DNA of 32,000 nucleotides from an archaeon (GTDB lineage Archaea; Iainarchaeota; Iainarchaeia; Iainarchaeales; CSSED10-239): NCBI GenBank assembly GCA_035400625.1, contig DAOMZT010000002.1, positions 170,792 to 202,791 of the forward strand, read 5' to 3'. Shown piece by piece: positions 26,256 to 32,000 of this stretch (position 1 is its first letter; each line of letters starts with the position of its first letter). The notes under the pieces were generated by a model. It saw only the letters and a program-made list of their open reading frames with translations, ran no database searches and was not told where the DNA came from. The position numbers and the translations under genes were made by a program.

Positions 26256-28583
26256 TTATTTTTTAAATGTATATTCTGGATTTAACCAAAAGTTTATAGA
26301 ATCCTCTGTTATATTAAAGCAGACTCTATCCTTAGTTACAAGACTCATGGTAAATCCTATGTTGTTTGTTTCTATTCCTGAAAACAAATCAGAATAGATG
26401 AATTTTCCTTGTGGATTATCTGACTTTATGCTTTTTGGAATATTATATGTGTAGATTCCATCTGATGTGTTTGGAGAGATTGGCAAATTTAATGATATTG
26501 GAGAGCTAGATGTTAATATTAGTTGTGGTTCTTTTTCTTTATTTTCCAAAAACACAAATAATGTTTCTTTAAAAGCACCTGTTCTATTGGCAGGTTCACT
26601 ATATCTCCCATTTTTATTTATATATTTATAAGTGTATCCTGATGGTGCAGTTATTTGTATTGGTCTAATATCCTTAAATATTATGTCTTCTAATTTATTA
26701 TTATTTAATTTAAATGAAACTACATAACCGTTTTGTATCTTTGGCCAATCACTAAAGTCTTTATAGACTGTTACACTCTTTGATTTTTCTCCATATTTTC
26801 CATCATGTAATCTTATTGGTAAATCTCCATAATCGTAATACATTGCATTTATTGTATTGGTGAAAAGTGCATTTTTCTTATAATCTGCATTTTCTGGCTG
26901 ATTATAATAATCTAAAAATTTCTTTGTTTGATCATCAGCATTTTTCACATTATATGTTATGTTCTTTCCATCTAATTTCAAATCAAATACATACAAACCA
27001 GGAGAATCTATTTGTTTTATTTCTGAGTCTGTAGCTAATTTTATTTGCTTATCGATATTGCTCATAAATCTAACAGATTCAAAGATTTCCTTTGTTAGCC
27101 CTGTTTCTAAGGAGCCATATGGTTTTGTATTTATTAAAACAGGAGTTACAGAATCTCCATAATAGATATCTATGTTTTCCATTAGTTGTTTTAAGAACAC
27201 TAAATTTGTTGCTTTAAAATTATTATCTTTTGGCTTTGATTTTATGTACTCTTTAAATTTAGCTTGATTATTCAAAAAAGAATACATGGATATTTGATAT
27301 CCATAATAATTTGCTTTATCTGTTTCTTCTTTTTGTGGCGAGTAACTATAGTTGCTATTTCCACTTATTATTTTTATTCTTTCTTTTATTTGGGATTCTG
27401 TTAAATTACTCAAGAAAACACTGTCTTCCTTGTCATTTAATATAACATCTATAATTACAAACTTTCTTAATTCTTCAGGTATTTTATTTAATGTAGAAAT
27501 TATTGTGTTGTAATATATTTCTGGATCTGAAGAATAAGTAAATTCAGAAGTTATTAAATTATTTGCTTGTATATTCATTTTCTTACTATCAAAATATAAT
27601 AGATAATTTGGTAATATTGCATTCTTTTCAGATTTAGTAAATGTTATTCCATCTAAGGTAATTGTTTGGCCTTGTTCTAATAATTTGCCTTTTAAGAATA
27701 ATGCATATTTTAGTTGATCCTGGTCAACATAGTGTTCCCCATAATCAAATGAATTGTGGGCTATGCCTTGTTCTTCGTATGTGAAGAATAACTTATCAAA
27801 TCCGTATTTTTCGTAATTTTCTTCTCCTGTTAGGCCTGTAATTGCTGTTCCGTGAGGGTTATAACATGTGCCTGCTGTTTCTGTTTTAGGTAAAAATTCA
27901 GAAGTATCTTCAGGCGTTGTTACTGCGTCTTTGTCTATACAGCCTAATGGTTCAAGATTTACATTTAGAGTGACTGTAAAATCTGCGATTTTTTTATCAA
28001 ACCACCATTTTCTTTTTTGTTTTATAGTAAATACTTTTTTCTTATTTTTATTATCAAGATAAGATTTGTTTTGTATAATTCTTTCAGAATCGTTTAATGT
28101 GGTTACTGGTCTATTAATACAAAGTTCTAATTTGTTTCCTTGCAAAACATTTATTGTAGAAATTACATTTCCATTAACTAATGTGCCTGTATCTCCTTGT
28201 TTTATATATCTGTTTGCTTCTTTAAGTTCTTGAGCATCTATTGGTATTATTATACAAGAGGTAGCATAGTCTCCTGTTTGTAAGAAATTATGTCTGTATT
28301 TTAAAAATTTGTCAGAAACAGTTATATCGATATTAGTTGATGAATAATTTAAAGTTACTACATTTTCTGGTGATATATACATTGCATTATCATTATTATA
28401 TTTTAATTTTAATCTTTCAGACAATGGTGTTTTTTCAGAAGAACAATCAAATAAGCTAATTGTTGTTTCTTGATCTGCAACATCATCCGAATTTGTGCTA
28501 TACGCAAAAACAGTTGCAGATATCATAAGCAAACTAAATATTACAAAAATTGATTTTAAAAATGAAGATTTTGTTTTTACCAT
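26256..28583 (-). CDS. Secreted 775-aa protein, probable divergent head-only member of family A
   Basis: Start is ATG 28581-28583 with AAGGAAA ~7-10 nt upstream. Stop is TAA 26256-26258, 17 nt before the next start. Signal peptide is MVKTKSSFLKSIFVIFSLLMISATVFA/YS. By-eye matches to the head module are: GLTGEENYEKYGFDKLFFTY ~ GTTGTEVLPKVAYNWDFKE; HYVDQDQLKYALFL ~ YCDATQLSIEVLQ; SPGLYVFDLKL ~ GPGRYDVKIII; SLVTKDRVCFNITEDSINFWLNPEY ~ DLVTQKKACVNYDNKSFEVFYNPKE. Confidence 0.9.
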   Translation of the reverse strand: MVKTKSSFLKSIFVIFSLLMISATVFAYSTNSDDVADQETTISLFDCSSEKTPLSERLKLKYNNDNAMYISPENVVTLNYSSTNIDITVSDKFLKYRHNFLQTGDYATSCIIIPIDAQELKEANRYIKQGDTGTLVNGNVISTINVLQGNKLELCINRPVTTLNDSERIIQNKSYLDNKNKKKVFTIKQKRKWWFDKKIADFTVTLNVNLEPLGCIDKDAVTTPEDTSEFLPKTETAGTCYNPHGTAITGLTGEENYEKYGFDKLFFTYEEQGIAHNSFDYGEHYVDQDQLKYALFLKGKLLEQGQTITLDGITFTKSEKNAILPNYLLYFDSKKMNIQANNLITSEFTYSSDPEIYYNTIISTLNKIPEELRKFVIIDVILNDKEDSVFLSNLTESQIKERIKIISGNSNYSYSPQKEETDKANYYGYQISMYSFLNNQAKFKEYIKSKPKDNNFKATNLVFLKQLMENIDIYYGDSVTPVLINTKPYGSLETGLTKEIFESVRFMSNIDKQIKLATDSEIKQIDSPGLYVFDLKLDGKNITYNVKNADDQTKKFLDYYNQPENADYKKNALFTNTINAMYYDYGDLPIRLHDGKYGEKSKSVTVYKDFSDWPKIQNGYVVSFKLNNNKLEDIIFKDIRPIQITAPSGYTYKYINKNGRYSEPANRTGAFKETLFVFLENKEKEPQLILTSSSPISLNLPISPNTSDGIYTYNIPKSIKSDNPQGKFIYSDLFSGIETNNIGFTMSLVTKDRVCFNITEDSINFWLNPEYTFKK

Positions 28584-28656
28584 AGTTGTTTCCTTTTTTC
28601 AGTTATTTTATTATTCATAAAATTAGTAAACATAAATATTTATTTACTTATCTGTT

Positions 28657-28679
28657 AAGAAGAAAAGAAAAAGAAGAAT
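28657..28679 (-). terminator. Polypyrimidine/oligo-T tract directly after the 984-aa stop (candidate archaeal-type terminator)
   Basis: In the minus sense, TAA is followed by ATTCTTCTTTTTCTTTTCTTCTT. The tract contains the 13-mer TTCTTTTTCTTTT, which also follows the 638-aa stop. No stem-loop was seen. Confidence 0.3.
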
Positions 28680-31622
28680 TTAGTTTTTAATACAACTAAA
28701 TTCGTCTCCTGTATTACTAGGAGTTGTTTCTATCTTGCTGTTTATTGTGTCTGTTAGTTCTTGAGATATCTCTTTAGGATTATAGAAAACCTCAAAAGAT
28801 TTGTTGTCGTAATTTACACAAGCTTTCTTTTGTGTTACTAGGTCAAAGACATCTGTTATTGAAACTATATCGTGATTAAATCTGTTAGTTAATTCAACAT
28901 AATCATTAGAGCCTGCCAAATTATCTAAAGTATAGAACTTCAAGCTGTCATTTGCTACATCTTTATGTAAGTAGCTTGTGCTTTTGCCAGTTCTGAAGTT
29001 TGATGGGGTGTAAAAGATTGTGTACATCCAAACATTTCCTGTTCTTACAATTATATCTTTTTCCCACTCTATACCATAAGAAAAGGTTTGGCTTTGAGTT
29101 ACTGGTGCTAACTTTGATTCTGTTGAGACAAGATCGCCAGTTGCTAAAAATCTCTCAAGCAATGGAACGCCAGTAAAGTCTTTACAATTAGCAAAGCCTG
29201 TCCAATATGCTAAACTTAGTCCAGGGCTTGCTACTTCTCCACCTTGTCCTAATGGTAAGCCTAGTGCAAGCTTATAGAATGCCCATGCATTAGTATTTAC
29301 AGCTGTATTTTTTACTTTCATAACTACTGGTGTTGGCCTAGATGGTATGTATCTTAGCTTTAGTAGGTTATTTTGTTCTCTATTAATAGACAATAGCTTA
29401 CCTCTTTCATTTCCATTATTCATTATTGCAAAATCTTTTACTTCTTTTGTATCAATTGTTGAAACAGTATTTGATGAAACATAGCCTTCAGTAAACATCG
29501 CTCCTGAATAATTACTTTGTGAATCTAGATATATTGGAACTTTGTCATTTAGATAATCTACACCATAGCCGTTTCTTGTTTTATCTCCTGTACTTCCAAC
29601 AAGACCATCAAGTGGCATATAGTATAGTGGATAATCAATTTCTGGATTTTGTTCTTTACTTATTACTACTTCTATTTTTCCTGTCATGTTTCCTGCATCA
29701 TTGAATAATCTCCAACTATCATCATAATGTATTATTATTTTTACATCATATCTTCCTGGTCCTGATAATGTTTGATTAGTTACAGAGCCTGAATTCATTA
29801 GAACAAACTTGAATTTGTCTTTATCTGTAAAGTATTTATATAATGGTGTATAATTGGATTGTGTTGTTAAGATTTCTGATGATCCATACCATTGTGGTGT
29901 ATCTTTTAAGAAAGTTGATCTATAATAATCATCAAAGTCTTTTTTGAAATCTTCACTATATCCATCTTTCATTAAATATGCTCTGAAGTTATATAGTTTT
30001 TCATCAAAGCCAGGATAGTATTTGTTTAAGTTTTCTGAAGTCTTAGGTAGACTACAGCCCATTGTTCCGCCAGTTATGTTTGTTTGTGTTGTTAAAATAT
30101 TATCTATTAGGTTATTTCCTGTTTCGTTATGTGCGATTGCTTCGTGGAAGTTTGTTAATGTTAGCTTTATTTTTATTATATCTGTATCTGTTGGGGTTGA
30201 TGAAAATTCCTCTATTTTTATTTCATCTAGATAATCTCCAGTATTTAGATAGCTTACTGGCACTGATACTTTTCCACTTGCTATCTTTTCCCAATTAAAT
30301 GAGTTTTCTGCTTTTTTTGTAACTTCATAATCTATGTCAAATAAAGATCTTGAATCTGAAACAGGCATAGACAATTGATAGTTTCCTCTGACTTTATATG
30401 TGAAATTTAATCTACTACTACTTATTTTTTCTACATTGATATATGTAATTCCTACATTATTGACATCGCTTACTAATGATTGTTCAGTAACTGGTGTTGG
30501 ACAAGTAAATGAAGCATTATTTGTTCTTACAATTTCGTTTATCTTATTTATTTTTTGTAAGACTTCTATTGATAGTTGAGTTGCATCACAATATATGCCA
30601 TTATTTGCAACATCACACCATTCGCTATTTTTTACTTCTGTTCCTTCTCCTGTTATTGGTGTTACTATTTTATTTTCTTTAAAATCCCAATTGTATGCTA
30701 CTTTTGGTAGGACTTCAGTTCCTGTTGTGCCTAGGATCATCCCTCCTTCAGTAGTACAATCTAATAAGGTTGAATCAATTGGTTCTGCGTTTTCATCAAC
30801 TCTAGAATTGAATAATAAACGGAATTTTTGTACTTTTTCTACAGGTATTTTTGGATATTGTTCTTCTGTTATGTCATAATTAAATATTCTATCGTCAATT
30901 TCTGATTTTGCTGCTTTTTCTCCTGTACTAAAGAATTGGATTAACCAGCCCCAACTTAGAATGTCGCCTGTTCCTATTTCTAGTTTTACTGGTTGTTTAT
31001 TGTATTTTGCTTCTTTATATTTTATTAATAGTGTTCTATATTCGTATGCTTGTTTTATTGTTGACTCTGCATCTTCAAATAGCACTCCTCTTTTTTGTCC
31101 AGCAACTGGCTGATTATTAGCATCTAGTACTTTTATTAATTCTGTTCTTTCAGCTAATCTCATATTTGGATTTTTGCTTAGGTCTTTATAGGTTGTTAAA
31201 TCTTTTACAGTTACTATGAAATCAACATCTAAAACATTTCTATCAGTTAGTATCATTTCTTTTTCTGGATTAATTGCCAGTTTTTCTTTTGATTTTTTAT
31301 TAAAGTAATCTTCTTCTCTGTCAGAGATATTTACTCTATCCACATGCATTGATTTATTTATACTTAAATCACTTAACGAATCATAAGTCATGTATGCTGA
31401 AACGCCAGCACCTATAACACCTGTGATTATAGGGTTATTTGTTATTCCTTTAACTACGTCAATCAACAGCGCGCCTATTTCGGCAGTAGCTTTGCTAAGC
31501 ACTCCACTAAATATGCCACTTGTACCAGCATCTTTAGTTTCATCAGCATAGACTGTTCCTATATTAAACAACAACGATACAACTATCATTGTTACTAAAA
31601 CTGATTTTAGATTTGATTTCAT
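28680..31622 (-). CDS. Family A head-only secreted protein (~980 aa), equivalent to the C-terminal ~985 aa of the 2493-aa protein
   Basis: The ORF-track start at 31634 is GTG (plus-strand cac, 31632-31634). The ATG at 31620-31622 gives MKSNLKSVLVTMIVVSLLFNIGTVYA/DE and has AAGGTG (31632-31637) 9 nt upstream, so I prefer it. Stop is TAA 28680-28682. After the signal peptide comes a Gly/Ala-rich hydrophobic stretch. The full set of head-module motifs follows (VLPKVAYNW, YCDATQLS, FRAYLMKDGYSEDF, PGRYDVKIII, YYMPLDGLVG, PSRPTPVVMKVK, TIFYTP, FEVFYNPK). Confidence 0.9.
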   Translation of the reverse strand: MKSNLKSVLVTMIVVSLLFNIGTVYADETKDAGTSGIFSGVLSKATAEIGALLIDVVKGITNNPIITGVIGAGVSAYMTYDSLSDLSINKSMHVDRVNISDREEDYFNKKSKEKLAINPEKEMILTDRNVLDVDFIVTVKDLTTYKDLSKNPNMRLAERTELIKVLDANNQPVAGQKRGVLFEDAESTIKQAYEYRTLLIKYKEAKYNKQPVKLEIGTGDILSWGWLIQFFSTGEKAAKSEIDDRIFNYDITEEQYPKIPVEKVQKFRLLFNSRVDENAEPIDSTLLDCTTEGGMILGTTGTEVLPKVAYNWDFKENKIVTPITGEGTEVKNSEWCDVANNGIYCDATQLSIEVLQKINKINEIVRTNNASFTCPTPVTEQSLVSDVNNVGITYINVEKISSSRLNFTYKVRGNYQLSMPVSDSRSLFDIDYEVTKKAENSFNWEKIASGKVSVPVSYLNTGDYLDEIKIEEFSSTPTDTDIIKIKLTLTNFHEAIAHNETGNNLIDNILTTQTNITGGTMGCSLPKTSENLNKYYPGFDEKLYNFRAYLMKDGYSEDFKKDFDDYYRSTFLKDTPQWYGSSEILTTQSNYTPLYKYFTDKDKFKFVLMNSGSVTNQTLSGPGRYDVKIIIHYDDSWRLFNDAGNMTGKIEVVISKEQNPEIDYPLYYMPLDGLVGSTGDKTRNGYGVDYLNDKVPIYLDSQSNYSGAMFTEGYVSSNTVSTIDTKEVKDFAIMNNGNERGKLLSINREQNNLLKLRYIPSRPTPVVMKVKNTAVNTNAWAFYKLALGLPLGQGGEVASPGLSLAYWTGFANCKDFTGVPLLERFLATGDLVSTESKLAPVTQSQTFSYGIEWEKDIIVRTGNVWMYTIFYTPSNFRTGKSTSYLHKDVANDSLKFYTLDNLAGSNDYVELTNRFNHDIVSITDVFDLVTQKKACVNYDNKSFEVFYNPKEISQELTDTINSKIETTPSNTGDEFSCIKN
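31383..31529 (-). other. Gly/Ala-rich hydrophobic segment immediately after the signal peptide of the 984-aa protein
   Basis: The sequence is AGTSGIFSGVLSKATAEIGALLIDVVKGITNNPIITGVIGAGVSAYMTY. It holds the same relative position to the head-module motifs as the internal segment of the 2493-aa protein. Confidence 0.7.
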
Positions 31623-31631
31623 TTTTTCATA

Positions 31632-31637
31632 CACCTT
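31632..31637 (-). promoter_or_regulatory. Shine-Dalgarno-like AAGGTG, 9 nt upstream of ATG 31620-31622
   Basis: Plus-strand cacctt at 31632-31637. The site overlaps the GTG start used by the ORF track, which argues for the downstream ATG. Confidence 0.5.
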
Positions 31638-31651
31638 TAATTATTAAATAT

Positions 31652-31999
31652 TTAATCTGCACGATCACCACAAACTGTTGCTGCATTTGCTTGTTGACTA
31701 GTACATTCTCTTTCTGATACACTTCTAGCATACAAATATAATTTATTATTTGTTGCACATCTTGCAGTCACAACCCATTTTTTTCCAGATTTATCTCTTA
31801 CGCAAACACAACCTTTTTTGCCTATATCAATACCTGCCTCATTACATGATCTTGTTCCGTTATTACTTGATGCAAGATAATATGTTGGATATGGCGGTTG
31901 ATTAAGGCCACCACCTGGTGATTGATCATTGTCGTAAGAGGCTGGATTTGGATCTGGCTCTTTATTTGGATCTGATTCTTTATTTGGATCTGGCTCTTT
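31652..31999 (-). CDS. 3' end of a family D protein (5' part lies beyond the window): Pro-rich KEPDPN repeats plus six-Cys C-terminal domain
   Basis: Not in the ORF track because it has no start in the window. Hand translation of the reverse complement gives KEPDPNKESDPNKEPDPNPASYDNDQSPGGGLNQPPYPTYYLASSNNGTRSCNEAGIDIGKKGCVCVRDKSGKKWVVTARCATNNKLYLYARSVSERECTSQQANAATVCGDRAD, ending at stop TAA (31652-31654). The stop lies 29 nt before my preferred ATG start of the 984-aa gene (31620-31622), or 17 nt before the ORF-track GTG at 31634. It aligns with the C-terminus of the 638-aa protein. Confidence 0.8.
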   Translation of the reverse strand, partial: KEPDPNKESDPNKEPDPNPASYDNDQSPGGGLNQPPYPTYYLASSNNGTRSCNEAGIDIGKKGCVCVRDKSGKKWVVTARCATNNKLYLYARSVSERECTSQQANAATVCGDRAD

Positions 32000-32000
32000 A
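31950..32000. repeat. 18-bp tandem repeat, at least 2.8 copies, running off the window edge (encodes KEPDPN/KESDPN)
   Basis: Plus-strand units are ggatctggctctttattt (31950-31967), ggatctgattctttattt (31968-31985) and ggatctggctcttta (31986-32000). A degenerate ggattt precedes them at 31944-31949. Confidence 0.9.

Noticed and set aside
8233-30713. Diversity-generating retroelement targeting the head modules
   Set aside because: No reverse transcriptase gene is present. I saw no near-identical template/variable DNA repeat pair. The head copies are diverged throughout, not at adenine-templated sites only. A DGR elsewhere in the genome cannot be excluded.
696-30879. All plus-strand ORFs in the track (60-127 aa)
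   Set aside because: Each lies antisense within a much longer minus-strand ORF that has signal peptides and paralog support. Their products are low-complexity L/F/I/S-rich strings typical of the reverse strand of AT-rich coding DNA. Several start at non-ATG codons, and none has a ribosome-binding site that I could see.
1-32000. CRISPR arrays, tRNA/rRNA genes, IS elements, transposases, integrases or phage genes
   Set aside because: No direct-repeat/spacer periodicity was seen. The few intergenic gaps (6-288 nt) are too short and too AT-rich for structured RNAs. No product shows DDE, recombinase or capsid-like motifs that I recognise.

Overview
This AT-rich prokaryotic window (composition judged by eye, not counted) is almost entirely coding on the minus strand. 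I call 11 solid CDS plus one doubtful 23-codon ORF. Two of the CDS are cut by the window edges and are therefore missing from the supplied ORF track. My CDS lengths sum to about 31.4 kb of 32 kb.

Every product starts with a Sec-type signal peptide or an N-terminal signal-anchor helix. I recognise no enzyme, housekeeping gene, RNA gene, CRISPR array or mobile element.

The proteins fall into four paralog families internal to the locus:
- Family A: giant N-terminally anchored proteins (>=1424, 1979 and 2493 aa). They are built from carboxypeptidase-regulatory-like/PEGA-type beta-sandwich repeats and end in a conserved C-terminal head module. Head-only versions also occur (984 aa, and a divergent 775 aa).
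- Family B: two Gly-rich proteins made of ~50-residue coils (747 and 690 aa).
- Family C: two secreted proteins (467 and ~135 aa) sharing a PIIFG...FPFK C-terminal domain.
- Family D: two proteins ending in a ~65-aa six-Cys domain (638 aa, and a fragment at 31652..31999).

Gene order shows a tandemly duplicated three-gene cassette, C-B-A. This is my best candidate for an undescribed cell-surface or host-attachment apparatus.

The 2493-aa protein carries an internal Gly/Ala-rich hydrophobic segment. The same segment sits right after the signal peptide of the stand-alone 984-aa paralog.

The source organism cannot be fixed. GGTGA/AGGTG ribosome-binding sites, oligo-T tracts after stop codons and A/T boxes fit an AT-rich archaeon (a DPANN-like episymbiont, or a Methanobacteriales-type Asn/Thr-rich surface-protein locus). 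A CPR-type bacterium is not excluded.

All family and domain calls are by-eye motif recognition and by-eye alignment. No database search or statistics were run.
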